DNA from: a virus | Reading direction: 5' to 3' (one strand) | Length of the DNA stretch: 64,000 bases | Virus record (IMG/VR): IMGVR_UViG_3300017991_000051 | Location: 96,001-160,000 of that record | In this document: piece by piece, positions 1 through 10,074 of the stretch | Position numbering within the stretch: the first letter of the stretch is position 1 | How the letters are laid out: every line of letters begins with the position of its first letter | Translations under genes and position numbers: made by a program | The notes under the pieces: generated by a model | The model's database searches: none | What the model was told of the DNA's origin: nothing | The model's input: the letters and a program-made list of their open reading frames with translations, nothing else

Positions 1-1580
1 AGCAAATCGGATGACGCGAGCAGTGTCGTATACAGTGGATTGCTCGCCACTCCTCCCTTGCTGTCCTCCGCACTCCGGAGATGCGTCAGTCGGTATGATG
101 TCATCGCCAGCGAGCGCTGAATGTTTATGTCTATAGTAACACCAGTTACGTGTCCACACACGACTTTTCTTGCCGTCGTCATATCCGGGATCTCGATGCC
201 GATATTGGTACCGACGCCGACGTCGAACCGGAGCGGGCCTTGTAATGTCCCAGTATTGTAACGGTACTGACGATCTAATAGTACCATTTGCGCAAAATTC
301 CTCCCTAACGCAGCAACGCTATCACTTTCACGTTCGCGCTGCGTAGCAACGCTCTCGAGTACACGTCTCTCCTCTGCCGTCGGTACCCTACCACGACTAC
401 GAATTGAAACATCGGTATAGGTTCCAGCATCATTCTTTATGGGGCTTCGTAGCCATTGAGGCAACGGCATGGCATCGACCATACCTACCTCATCTGTCTC
501 AACAAAGTATGCAGATTTCAGAACGGTAGCCTTAACATCAGGCCTTGAGTCCATTGTATCCTCGTCGTAAAGAACAAGGCCTATGATGCGTTTACGGACT
601 TGATCGCTCATTCGCAAGTAAACATACTCGTCGCTACTCAGAACGTTGCTAACGTTGTCAAGCACGGGCGCCCATGGCACAAATGCCGCATAGTCAACCG
701 TGGGTACTATGGCATATAGAAACTGTCCTGCCAGCTTGACATATGAATCCCACAAAACACCGCCTGCAAATACCATGACGAACGCATTGACAAACGCCTT
801 AGCTACGCCGCCCGCAACCGATCCGGACATTTCGAACGCAAGTTTCAACGATGCGGATATCTTTGAGAAAACTGATTTGGCCGCCTCGTTGGATAATTCC
901 GTTTTGCCAATCTCGCCAGACGCCAGCTGGTTTGACATCGTACTTATCATGCTGCCTAAGTCTGAAGTCGCAATCTCCTCTACTTCAGCGTAGTACCCGT
1001 CCAAACTAAACGTCGGTTTGTCATTCCCTACTAAGCTTCGTTGCGTAATAGGGTTCTCAACATCCCATAAGGCCAACGGGGTCCTAGAATCCGACAATGC
1101 AGATGTCGCACGTAACGTGTCCAACCAGTGAACAACCATCACCATCACCCCGACTTGGTTAGGCGCGCGCGATGTCGAGATGCCGGATGTGTATCCGTCA
1201 AACACTTTGTAGCGGGTACCGTTGATGCGAATGTACACCTGTACCGCGCGGCGAACCTTCAACTCGGCAGTGGACGTACCGGCACCCACCTTCTTGCTCG
1301 TCACCTCACGGCCCACGGCAAGCGTTATAGATCCCCTCGGCACTTGGTTGATGTCGAAGTTCAGGTTCATACCGATGATGTCTATAGTGCCCAAGCCGTC
1401 AAGTACGGCCCACGCCTCGACCTCATAGTACGAGTAGTCACCGGTACCGCGTATAGGCGCCGTAGTACCGATATCGAGCTGGCTCGGCGTCGATCCGCGC
1501 AGGTCTATCTCCGCCGGATTGCGTTCCTCGATCTCGATAACGCCTTCCGGTGTATCCCCTATTCTGACTACCTCACTCAT
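1..1580 (-). CDS. Putative baseplate hub-like tail protein, truncated at window edge (not in ORF track)
   Basis: ATG at 1580 overlaps the upstream stop (TAATG). Reads MSEVVRIGDTPEG...LNFDINQVPRGSITLAVGR; the same frame is open at the left edge (...GPLRFDVGVG...KGGVASNPLY). I translated both ends, not every codon. Lies in the tail/baseplate cluster. Confidence 0.6.
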   Translation of the reverse strand, partial: MSEVVRIGDTPEGVIEIEERNPAEIDLRGSTPSQLDIGTTAPIRGTGDYSYYEVEAWAVLDGLGTIDIIGMNLNFDINQVPRGSITLAVGREVTSKKVGAGTSTAELKVRRAVQVYIRINGTRYKVFDGYTSGISTSRAPNQVGVMVMVVHWLDTLRATSALSDSRTPLALWDVENPITQRSLVGNDKPTFSLDGYYAEVEEIATSDLGSMISTMSNQLASGEIGKTELSNEAAKSVFSKISASLKLAFEMSGSVAGGVAKAFVNAFVMVFAGGVLWDSYVKLAGQFLYAIVPTVDYAAFVPWAPVLDNVSNVLSSDEYVYLRMSDQVRKRIIGLVLYDEDTMDSRPDVKATVLKSAYFVETDEVGMVDAMPLPQWLRSPIKNDAGTYTDVSIRSRGRVPTAEERRVLESVATQRERESDSVAALGRNFAQMVLLDRQYRYNTGTLQGPLRFDVGVGTNIGIEIPDMTTARKVVCGHVTGVTIDINIQRSLAMTSYRLTHLRSAEDSKGGVASNPLYTTLLASSDL

Positions 1581-2341
1581 TACTCAACTCTCAACGCATC
1601 CAGTGCGTAAATGAACGCGAGCAGCCACCCGCTCAGCTGGTACGGCAACGCGTAGTGCTTCCTTGCCAGATTGTAGAACGTAAGCTGCGGCTCCTGCTTA
1701 GGAGACGATCCGAATATGGTTGTCTGCGTAGTTCGCGGAAGTGTCCGGAGGGACGCCAGTACCGCACCGATATCCGGCTGCGGCCGCGACTTGTAATCGA
1801 TGAACCACTCGGTGCCGGCGGCCGGCGACGTATCCGCGAACGCGATCGCCAAGTCCGTACGGGGGAGCTTCTTCACCTCGTCCCAATCGTACTCGACAAT
1901 CCACCCGTCATTCTGGTTCTCGATGAGGACCCGATCGGCCGCGGACATGAGCACGCGCCACCGCGTATTGACACGACCGGACATTCCTTCGTCATCCCAC
2001 GTACCCGTGACGCTTATGTCGGATGGGCCGGTTACGATAGGGCCGTATATTCCCTCGGAGAGGATATTGATGTTGTTCGTATCGTAGGTGATGCGCGGAT
2101 CCAGCGCCGTAACATACGCCTCGTACTCCGTCGAGTGCAGGACCGCCATGTACTGCGCGGCCCTGTAGACGACGCCTTCATAGTCCGGCGCGCCCCCAAA
2201 TAGTGTATCCCACAGTACACGCAACGGCGCCGACAGTGTCAACGTCTCGTATTCCGGAATGTACACGTCCCCTGGGATGTCCGTCTGCTCGTTATGCGGA
2301 CCGTTCTGGTTTATCAGTACTGTACGTGCATGGTTTATCAT
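1580..2341 (-). CDS. Hypothetical structural (baseplate-region) protein, 253 aa
   Basis: Tightly packed ORF in the tail operon; no recognised motif. Confidence 0.6.
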   Translation of the reverse strand: MINHARTVLINQNGPHNEQTDIPGDVYIPEYETLTLSAPLRVLWDTLFGGAPDYEGVVYRAAQYMAVLHSTEYEAYVTALDPRITYDTNNINILSEGIYGPIVTGPSDISVTGTWDDEGMSGRVNTRWRVLMSAADRVLIENQNDGWIVEYDWDEVKKLPRTDLAIAFADTSPAAGTEWFIDYKSRPQPDIGAVLASLRTLPRTTQTTIFGSSPKQEPQLTFYNLARKHYALPYQLSGWLLAFIYALDALRVE

Positions 2342-2351
2342 CGTCCGCTCC

Positions 2352-2813
2352 TTACCACATCTCCGGCATCGTCGACAGTATCAGTGTGAAACCGATAACG
2401 CCGCGCGCCGGATCCTGAAATGTCGACCGGATACTGCGCAGGAATCCGCTTATCTTCTCCTGCCCCAGCGTAACCGTCAGCGGATCAGACCGTCGCGACA
2501 CGCTGTTATCCTTGTAGTAGTTCAGTATCGCCTTGATGCCCGTCTGTCCGATTACGACTGGGTCGCACAGCCGGTAGAAGGCAACACCGCTGATCTCTAC
2601 CGTACCCATACGCTCGCCGAAGGAGTACACGTAGATCATCTTCCGGAGCGACTGCATGAACTGCACATTAGCGTCCTGCCCGAAACCCACGGAGGTTATC
2701 GCAAGCGTGGATGACCGTGTGAGTCCTGGCACGTTGATCACCGCCGGCGTTGACGCGCCGGGTATTGTGTACACCCGACTTCCTGTCCCCGGTGCTGTTC
2801 CAAAAATAGCCAT
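2352..2813 (-). CDS. Putative tail-tube-like / tube initiator baseplate protein
   Basis: 153 aa, beta-rich, directly after the tape-measure-like gene; similar size and character to the tube gene. Confidence 0.45.
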   Translation of the reverse strand: MAIFGTAPGTGSRVYTIPGASTPAVINVPGLTRSSTLAITSVGFGQDANVQFMQSLRKMIYVYSFGERMGTVEISGVAFYRLCDPVVIGQTGIKAILNYYKDNSVSRRSDPLTVTLGQEKISGFLRSIRSTFQDPARGVIGFTLILSTMPEMW

Positions 2814-2822
2814 TTTTCTCTC

Positions 2823-5378
2823 CTACACTGCCTCGCCGCCACCGTTTTCTTGGCGCGTACCGTGCTCTACCGATTCACCGTTTCCGGTATTCTCACCAGT
2901 ATTTTTTTCCTCTTTCTCCGTACGAACGATGACGGTTACGCTATGGGCAACATCGCCGCCGACCTCTCCCTTCGACTTTCCGACATCGACATTTACAGTA
3001 ACATTCCGGGCGGTAATATCGGCGTTCTCGGCGTCGACCTTGGTCATCTTCTCCTCGCGAGACTTCTCATCAACCGTTTCCTTCAACGCCTTTTCGATTT
3101 CCCCTAGCTCTTCCTTACGCTTCTGAACCTGCGCCTTCTCGGATTCCGTCAGCTCCTCGCCGCGCTCCATCTTCGCCCGCAACTCTGGCGTCATACCCGA
3201 CAGTATTTCTTCGATGCGCTGACGGGCTTGACGGCCCCGCTTGAGGACCCGACGCCGACGCGCAGCGGAAATGTTCGGATCCTTCAGCTCGACCATCGCC
3301 TGCGCCATGATCTGCCCTTCCTTGAAGATCGTTTCAAACTCGGTTCCGAACTTCTCCATCTGTTCCTTGGTCGGCGCACCCAACCACTTACCGAGTGTCT
3401 CCTTGAAGCTGCGCTTCCGGACTTTGCCGGTCTTTGGATCTATATCCGGTGTCATGAAGTCCGTGATCATATTCCGGAGAATAGTGTCCGTCCCCAATGC
3501 TTCCTTCATCAGATCCGAAGCACGCATCATCGCATCCACTTGTATCGTTCTGCTGCGTGCAACCGCACGCGCACGCCTACCGCCAAGAATCTCGTAAAAG
3601 CCGCCCTCTTGTTCAAGCACGCTGTAAGTTGTAGTATATATGTCGGCAGCTGCTTCGCGCAGTTGTTTGTCGCCAGCAGTAACGCCACCTCCCGCGGCAC
3701 GTGCCATCGCAGTAGCCATAGCTTTATGTGCCGCTTCTACGTCAGTTAGGTCGCTGATACCTTGAAGCGCTTTAAGCGCGGCTGCTGCCATCCGCTGACC
3801 CCGCGGGCCGCGAAACTCTCCACCCATCCTACGGCCGATAACGCCGCGCAGTCTCGGAACAATTTTCTTATTGAACAGTTCCTGCTCTTGAACGTCCAGT
3901 ATCTGTTCGGACATATAGCGACTATACATCTCTTGGCCGCCGCGTGTTAGTTTCGTCATTGCTGTAAATGCTTCTTGTCGTCCGACACCTATTGTACCTA
4001 ACAGCCCCGCCGTACCCGCCATTCCCTCCGGCCCGAAAGCACGAAGAACGCCGGCTGGATCCCTTCCAGTCTCTACATCGCGCATCAGTTGCCGTAGTTC
4101 GCGCGATCCGCCCATTCGGCGCACCATTTCGCTCGGGCTCATACCCTCAACATTTATGCCCTGCATACGCGCACGCTCACGTATAACATTCATAACCCCG
4201 CCGGTGGCGATACCTACTCGTGACGCAGCGCCCAATAACATACGCTGGTTCATCATCCCCTGCAGTTCGGTGGCATTCCTCATACCAAAATACTGTTGTC
4301 CGCCTCGAGCCTCCACGTGTCCCAGACCAACTTGCGTCGCTCTAATCGCTAAATCGGCGCCCATTGACGGTACTAAACCTAAATGACGCGCCGCTTGCGC
4401 ACCATACTGCATCGTACCGAGCAAAAACTCTGTGGCAATCCCAGCACCCAGTTGGAGACCGCGGACCCGGTTCATGAGCGACGTCAACTGACCTGCCCCC
4501 ATCTGCGTCACGCCGCCCTGCGTAGCCTGATCCAGATCGTTTAGAAGCTGGGGTATCCCCTTATCACGGCCGAAGAGGGCCTTCATCGGCTCTATGAGGT
4601 CCTTATAGCCCTTTATGCGCCTCTCAATGCGCCTGACGGTACTCCTGAAGGTATCGACGTTCTCCAGCCCCTCCATACGGCCGGGGAGTAGCCCTCGCAT
4701 ACCAAGCCCCTGTACGAGGCCGCCGACATCGGACGCCAACATGGTTGAGCCCGGACCTGTAAACGTCTCCGCCAACTCTCCCGATACACGTCGCGATAGA
4801 TGACCCCAGTGTGCGAGCGGACCCGCGCCGGCCATACCGCGCAGGCCTAAGAAGACGCCCTGACCTATCGTCTGCTGCGCCCGGCCAGGAATATTCTGAA
4901 GTGCCCGCTGCCAGTTTTCGGGCATCAACTGCTCGAACATGGCAAGCGGACCGCCGAGAAATTCGCTGATCTGTTTGGCTTCATCGCGTTGACGCTCGGC
5001 CACCGACTTTGGAATCTCCCCCGGCCCGTATTGCGTGCGGTACTGCGTCTCCAACGCCTTCCGTATGGTTGCCTCATCGTAACGCCGGCGTACGTTCTCC
5101 GCAGCCCCAGGAACACGCTGCATCCCCATCGCCAAGCGCATCTGCTGCTGGAACGTCTGCCCCATGTAGGCCTCCATTGGACTCGTCGGGCCGAATACGA
5201 AGTTCGGCGGGAGTCCCATTTTCTCCAGTGCCGGACGCACCGCAAAGTGCTCGAGCATGGCCGAGGCCCACGCCGGAACACCGGGAATGGTGGGCATCGC
5301 ACCCATCTGAGGTGTATACGCCCCTCGGATAGGTATATAACTGCCCGGATGTGGGTAACTCATTCCGCCGTTTGGCAT
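2823..5378 (-). CDS. Tape measure-like protein
   Basis: 851 aa, Gly/Ala/Met/Arg-rich and helical; follows the chaperone pair, which is the canonical position. Confidence 0.6.
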   Translation of the reverse strand: MPNGGMSYPHPGSYIPIRGAYTPQMGAMPTIPGVPAWASAMLEHFAVRPALEKMGLPPNFVFGPTSPMEAYMGQTFQQQMRLAMGMQRVPGAAENVRRRYDEATIRKALETQYRTQYGPGEIPKSVAERQRDEAKQISEFLGGPLAMFEQLMPENWQRALQNIPGRAQQTIGQGVFLGLRGMAGAGPLAHWGHLSRRVSGELAETFTGPGSTMLASDVGGLVQGLGMRGLLPGRMEGLENVDTFRSTVRRIERRIKGYKDLIEPMKALFGRDKGIPQLLNDLDQATQGGVTQMGAGQLTSLMNRVRGLQLGAGIATEFLLGTMQYGAQAARHLGLVPSMGADLAIRATQVGLGHVEARGGQQYFGMRNATELQGMMNQRMLLGAASRVGIATGGVMNVIRERARMQGINVEGMSPSEMVRRMGGSRELRQLMRDVETGRDPAGVLRAFGPEGMAGTAGLLGTIGVGRQEAFTAMTKLTRGGQEMYSRYMSEQILDVQEQELFNKKIVPRLRGVIGRRMGGEFRGPRGQRMAAAALKALQGISDLTDVEAAHKAMATAMARAAGGGVTAGDKQLREAAADIYTTTYSVLEQEGGFYEILGGRRARAVARSRTIQVDAMMRASDLMKEALGTDTILRNMITDFMTPDIDPKTGKVRKRSFKETLGKWLGAPTKEQMEKFGTEFETIFKEGQIMAQAMVELKDPNISAARRRRVLKRGRQARQRIEEILSGMTPELRAKMERGEELTESEKAQVQKRKEELGEIEKALKETVDEKSREEKMTKVDAENADITARNVTVNVDVGKSKGEVGGDVAHSVTVIVRTEKEEKNTGENTGNGESVEHGTRQENGGGEAV

Positions 5379-5390
5379 CGTCTCTGTCCT

Positions 5391-5921
5391 CTATCGTTTA
5401 CGCCGATTCGTACGCCTTAACCGGATCTCCCGCAGCAGCTCCTCACGCTTCTTGACCTCCGAGGCCTCCATCTTCTTCTGCTGCTCCCGTTCCAGCTTCT
5501 GCCGTTTCCTCGACTCTGCGTCCCGCTTAGCCCTCGCCTTCGCTTCCGGTGAGCTTGGATCACCGAACTTGGACACGTACTCTTCGCGCATACGCTGCAG
5601 TTCCGACTTGTAGTACTCCTTCTCATCCCATACGAGGTACGGGAACAGCGTCTTGCCGATCGTCAACAAGTGCCCGTTCGACGTATTGAAGTGAGACTGA
5701 TAAACTTCCTGTCCACCATCTACGTCCGGCCATACCGTCGTCGCCGCCTGCTGCAACTGCTTCCGCTTGAACAGCGCAAGTTTCAGCTCACGCTCCATGT
5801 CGTGAAGCATCAACCGCTCACGCACCAGCCAGCGGCTGTCGAAACTGTCAGCATCCTTATAGTTGAGCCGGCCGGTCGCCGACGCTCGAATCATTAAGTA
5901 GTTTCGCCGGCCGGCTTCCAA
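5391..5921 (-). CDS. Putative tail assembly chaperone, downstream (T-like) part; own ATG at 5894 or reached by -1 frameshift
   Basis: Overlaps the upstream ORF in the -1 frame; immediately precedes the tape measure gene. Confidence 0.5.
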   Translation of the reverse strand: MEAGRRNYLMIRASATGRLNYKDADSFDSRWLVRERLMLHDMERELKLALFKRKQLQQAATTVWPDVDGGQEVYQSHFNTSNGHLLTIGKTLFPYLVWDEKEYYKSELQRMREEYVSKFGDPSSPEAKARAKRDAESRKRQKLEREQQKKMEASEVKKREELLREIRLRRTNRRKR

Positions 5922-6721
5922 AAATCCGCTTCTTCACTGTGCCGCAACAGCTCCACCGTCAACGACTCAAAACGTCGATGTGCGGCCATCAACGCCCCGA
6001 GGAAGCCCTCGTCCATCTCCCCCGTAATCCTATCGTGCGCCGTAAGGATCGGACGGGTGCCGTCCTCAGCCGGATACGCATCGGCGGTAATCAACGGGTA
6101 GGTCATGCTCTTCGGCGCCGTGTTCTCATCCAGTTGCCTGTCCAATCGCTCGAGACTACACACGAACATGAACCGCTGCATACGCGCGATATACGCCGGA
6201 CTCCCGAATGCCGGAGCCTCCGGGATCAACCCGTTCGAGATATCGTCGCCCAGCTGATTGAAAATCTCATCGTTCTCCTTCGTCAACCGCGTCCGGAACT
6301 TGACGGTGACACGACCACCGAGCAACTCAAATTCGCTGGAGAAACGCTCTTCTCCCAGCATATGCCGTAACCAACGCGTCTTCTCCTCATCCGTGGGGAT
6401 GATCGCCGCATTCGCGTAGATGTCGCAACCGCAGGCCGGACAGTGCGTAACCGGCTCCTTCGCCTCGTCGCCCGGCTTGTCGTCCTCTGGCTCACTATCC
6501 AGACTGACCGTCTTACCAACTTCAGGCCCCACCTCTTCCGGGGATACCTTGTTATCCGGCGCTTCCGCCCCCGGAGTAGCCACCTGAAGCCCGGGAATGG
6601 TCCGTGAACGGTCCTTTTCCGGCTCCTGATCTATCGCATCCGGTGTAAAGGGTTCTGCTGCCGGCGGCGACGGAAAATCGTCACCGGTGCTCTTCGTCGT
6701 CAGATCTGATTTCACTTCCAT
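5894..6721 (-). CDS. Putative tail assembly chaperone (G-like), CxxC motif
   Basis: Position before the tape measure gene; ends ...EEADFWKPAGETT over a G-GAT-TTT slippery site; AGGAGGAAGG RBS. Confidence 0.5.
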   Translation of the reverse strand: MEVKSDLTTKSTGDDFPSPPAAEPFTPDAIDQEPEKDRSRTIPGLQVATPGAEAPDNKVSPEEVGPEVGKTVSLDSEPEDDKPGDEAKEPVTHCPACGCDIYANAAIIPTDEEKTRWLRHMLGEERFSSEFELLGGRVTVKFRTRLTKENDEIFNQLGDDISNGLIPEAPAFGSPAYIARMQRFMFVCSLERLDRQLDENTAPKSMTYPLITADAYPAEDGTRPILTAHDRITGEMDEGFLGALMAAHRRFESLTVELLRHSEEADFWKPAGETT

Positions 6722-6735
6722 CGTCCTTCCTCCTC

Positions 6736-9513
6736 CTATGGTGTGGCGCTCGGCGCCGTTGAACCGTACTGCTTTGATATTAGATAATTTGTGCTCAAAA
6801 AGCGATACCGAAGTGACGTCTCAGTGTCATCGGCGTGCTTGTTGCGCACATCGTCATAGACCGGTACGTCGTCCTCCGTGTCCGCCCGGTCACGCGCTTT
6901 CGCGTCATCTTGACTCCAGAGTACCGTATCGCACTCCATATACTGCTGAGATTGCAACCACATCCGCTGTCCGGGGTGTGGCCGTGTGTATCGTACAGCG
7001 GCGTCTACAGCCACGCCCGGGATCTCAACCGTCGGCTCGTACCATACAAGGCCAATATCCTTCTGACGGTATACCTGCTGCCACCGCGTCTCCGAGATCT
7101 GGAAGTCGTCACCGAGTCCGTACTGGTCCTGATCCCGGCATGTGAAGCCCGCCACGGAGATGAACGTGGCATTCCCCTTGATACCCTGCTCGTAGATGTC
7201 CGTATAGTAGAAGTTCAGCATGCCCGGCAGGGTGTCCGGATCCCCCGGGTCGCCGGTCAGCCACTGGTTGTATTCCGTACTCCACGCACTTATCATACCC
7301 GCCAGCGTATTGCTCGGGTACGGGACAACGCCGTATACGACACCGATCGAACCTGATACGAACAGCCCGCTGGCCGCCTCCGTGGACGTGAGGCATACAT
7401 AGCGCGATTGGATCATGCACAGATGCGTACTGCTGAGGACCGTATTCTCCTTGTCGAAGCGGTTGACGATGGATCCAGAGAGGGTACTGCCGTCGCCCAC
7501 CTTCTGCCCGATGACGTCCGTGAAGCCCTGCTCCGAGTACCGGATGTACTGCTCGCCGGAGACGACAACCCCGCGGCTGGCCTCCTGTTCAATATGACCA
7601 CCGACGTCCTGGCCGCCTCCTTGCGTGTAGCTGATGGCCTTCGTATACACGTCGCGTCCGTACACCATCACCGGCGCATTCGGGGCCTTGATGACCATGC
7701 CGTAGGTATCCACGTCCTCACCCACCAGCGGATTACCCTGAGCATCACGGAACTTGAAGGTGCCTCCGAAGCCGTACACCGAGCGATTCTCGATAAACGT
7801 ACCGCCCACGACACCGCCGTTACCGGATAGCATGTGCAGGTTCCGCTCCGCTTTGACGCGCACGTCCGCATTCGCCGCCGTGATGTCCACGGAGCTACCG
7901 GCGCGCGCTATGAGGTCGTCAGGAGCCCACATGACGACGTTACGGCCCGGTTTGACCCATACATCGCCGGGCCCTGACAGGAAGATATTGCCCCCGCCCA
8001 TGTGGATGCTGCTGCCGTAACCGTCTTCGATGATAATCGATCCGTCTGGGAGCTGGCTGATGATGCTGCGTGAGTAGTAGTACCGGCTGCTTCCCGTCCG
8101 GTGGTCAATCTGCAGGTCCGCAAACTGCGGGAGCGGGAACCGGAAGGTGTCGGAGAGGGATTCGTCGGGCTGATACGCACCCGCCGGCGCGTCCTCATTC
8201 GCGAAGAATCCCTCTTCTGGGAGGTACCAATCGTTCTCGTGCGCTACGATCGGCTTCACACCGTACCAGTTGAACAGGTAGGCGTTGAAGTCGTACAGCT
8301 CCGCCAGCCACGCGTCGGGCTGCACGCTGCCGTCGATTTGCGACCACGCCCACGAGTTCTTCGTGTGCAGCGTAGCCGCCTCCTCCTCGTCCGTACCCCA
8401 GTAGCCTGACGGCTTGTAGTTGGTGGCCCCATCCCCCAATTCGTCAGACCCCTCCGGCGGCTCCAGTTGCTTTGGAACTGGAATGAAAATGTACTTCTCG
8501 TGGACGAGGCCGCGCGCGGACCGGACGGTGTACATGCCGTCCGTGTGCTTCTGAATGTCGAGAACCCCCGTGTAGTTCGTCCTGTTCAGGTACTGTTCAG
8601 TAAACGGGTCATCCGCCGTACCGCCCCACGCCTCCCCGTCGATCCTCGGGATGATAACCATCTTCCGCTCGGCGTCGCCGAGATACCCGCGAACACGCAT
8701 GAGCCGGGGGAGTATGAGCTGCCCCTGCCGCCGTGGCTCATACCACAGCTGCTTCTGACCCGGCTTGTACTGGCCTCCGTCAGTGATCTCCTCCATACTC
8801 GCCTGATCGGGTGCGAGCATACCCATGGCCTCCCACGGATACGGTGTGAACAAGTCGACATCATTGACCTCCCCCTCGTCGTTCTTGATCCACCGTTCTC
8901 CGCCGGAGTGCCAAAATTCGTAGTTGTAAGCCGCAAGCCGCGTCAGGTTGTCGAGGTAGAAGAACCACAGGCCGGCGATATCGGACGCCCGCATCCACGC
9001 GAAGAAGCGGCTCATACCGTAACCGACGCCCAGCTCGTTGATCAGTCCCGCGTCCGATCCGGGGACGGAATCCATTGGCTGGTTGACATTCCAGTCCTTG
9101 TACTGGTTGGCGAAGGTGACGGCTGGGTAGTGGTGGACGATGTCGTTCACGGAGTCCGCACCGGTGAACGGTGCGATCCAGTCGCAGACACGCCGCGCGT
9201 TGCTGCCGACGACGTCGGTCACGCCGCAGAGGATGTACCCAGGCGGCTCCAGTTTGTAGTTCTTCGCGCCGCCTGTTTGGTCGTAAGTGGTCCGAAGGGG
9301 TATGTACACCAGCACGAACGTGCCAGGCTCGTAGACGGCGAAATTGGAGGGTCCAAGGGGGTTGTATGAGCCGATGCTGGCACCGGCTATACATGAGATG
9401 GGGGCCTCCGCGCCCAGCCGGACATTGTACCAACGCGGTCCGGCCAACACGTCGACCACCTGCCCTATCGCCAAGTGTACAGGCGTTGGGCGAATGGTAG
9501 AAGGATCGGCCAT
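6736..9513 (-). CDS. Baseplate spike/hub protein (gp5/VgrG-like)
   Basis: N-terminal OB-like GQVVDV...PGTFVLV segment. Beta-helix-like repeats DGSIIIEDGYGSSIHMGGGNIFLSGPGDVWVKPGRNVVMWAPDDLIARAGSSVDITA. Confidence 0.65.
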   Translation of the reverse strand: MADPSTIRPTPVHLAIGQVVDVLAGPRWYNVRLGAEAPISCIAGASIGSYNPLGPSNFAVYEPGTFVLVYIPLRTTYDQTGGAKNYKLEPPGYILCGVTDVVGSNARRVCDWIAPFTGADSVNDIVHHYPAVTFANQYKDWNVNQPMDSVPGSDAGLINELGVGYGMSRFFAWMRASDIAGLWFFYLDNLTRLAAYNYEFWHSGGERWIKNDEGEVNDVDLFTPYPWEAMGMLAPDQASMEEITDGGQYKPGQKQLWYEPRRQGQLILPRLMRVRGYLGDAERKMVIIPRIDGEAWGGTADDPFTEQYLNRTNYTGVLDIQKHTDGMYTVRSARGLVHEKYIFIPVPKQLEPPEGSDELGDGATNYKPSGYWGTDEEEAATLHTKNSWAWSQIDGSVQPDAWLAELYDFNAYLFNWYGVKPIVAHENDWYLPEEGFFANEDAPAGAYQPDESLSDTFRFPLPQFADLQIDHRTGSSRYYYSRSIISQLPDGSIIIEDGYGSSIHMGGGNIFLSGPGDVWVKPGRNVVMWAPDDLIARAGSSVDITAANADVRVKAERNLHMLSGNGGVVGGTFIENRSVYGFGGTFKFRDAQGNPLVGEDVDTYGMVIKAPNAPVMVYGRDVYTKAISYTQGGGQDVGGHIEQEASRGVVVSGEQYIRYSEQGFTDVIGQKVGDGSTLSGSIVNRFDKENTVLSSTHLCMIQSRYVCLTSTEAASGLFVSGSIGVVYGVVPYPSNTLAGMISAWSTEYNQWLTGDPGDPDTLPGMLNFYYTDIYEQGIKGNATFISVAGFTCRDQDQYGLGDDFQISETRWQQVYRQKDIGLVWYEPTVEIPGVAVDAAVRYTRPHPGQRMWLQSQQYMECDTVLWSQDDAKARDRADTEDDVPVYDDVRNKHADDTETSLRYRFLSTNYLISKQYGSTAPSATP

Positions 9514-9561
9514 AGGTCGCCTTCCCTGCTCCTCATACTATTACTGTTGCGCGCGTGTAAC

Positions 9562-9592
9562 GGCGGGGGCGTCCGTGAGGTGCGCCCCCGCC
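9562..9592 (-). terminator. GC-rich stem-loop after the tail tube gene
   Basis: GGCGGGGGCG...CGCCCCCGCC 10-bp inverted repeat; weak U-tract. Confidence 0.5.
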
Positions 9593-9619
9593 AACTTACA
9601 CGTCGATTTATCGACGGCT

Positions 9620-10054
9620 TTAGACGGTCAGATACAGATACGTTCCGCCCACACCCTCGTTGATGATCATATCATCGGATGTGACTGCAACGTTCACCGT
9701 GGCCGTCACGACATCGTGCAGGGTGTACTGCGCGCTGCCGCTGCCTGGATCACACAAGCCATTCTCACCACTGAATGACAATGTACCCGGGTTACACACG
9801 GTGTACTCTGCCAAGGAGCCTACGGACACGCCTGGGCCGGCGATCTTGCCGATACCCCACGTGCCGTTAGTATGGCCCGCGATGAAGAAACACTTGCCGG
9901 TCCCCAAATCCCAGATTCGGCTGAGTGCCTGCTCATAACCGATACTGATGTTCCGAACGATAGCCCCACCGGTGATACCGGAGAAGTTAACGGTCGTCCC
10001 CTCAGGCTGGAAGCCGCCGCCATATGCTAGATTGCGACCAAATATATCAGCCAT
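9620..10054 (-). CDS. Tail tube protein
   Basis: 144 aa, beta-rich, immediately after the sheath; AAGGAG RBS. Confidence 0.7.
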   Translation of the reverse strand: MADIFGRNLAYGGGFQPEGTTVNFSGITGGAIVRNISIGYEQALSRIWDLGTGKCFFIAGHTNGTWGIGKIAGPGVSVGSLAEYTVCNPGTLSFSGENGLCDPGSGSAQYTLHDVVTATVNVAVTSDDMIINEGVGGTYLYLTV

Positions 10055-10074
10055 TATTCATCTCCTTCTGCTAC

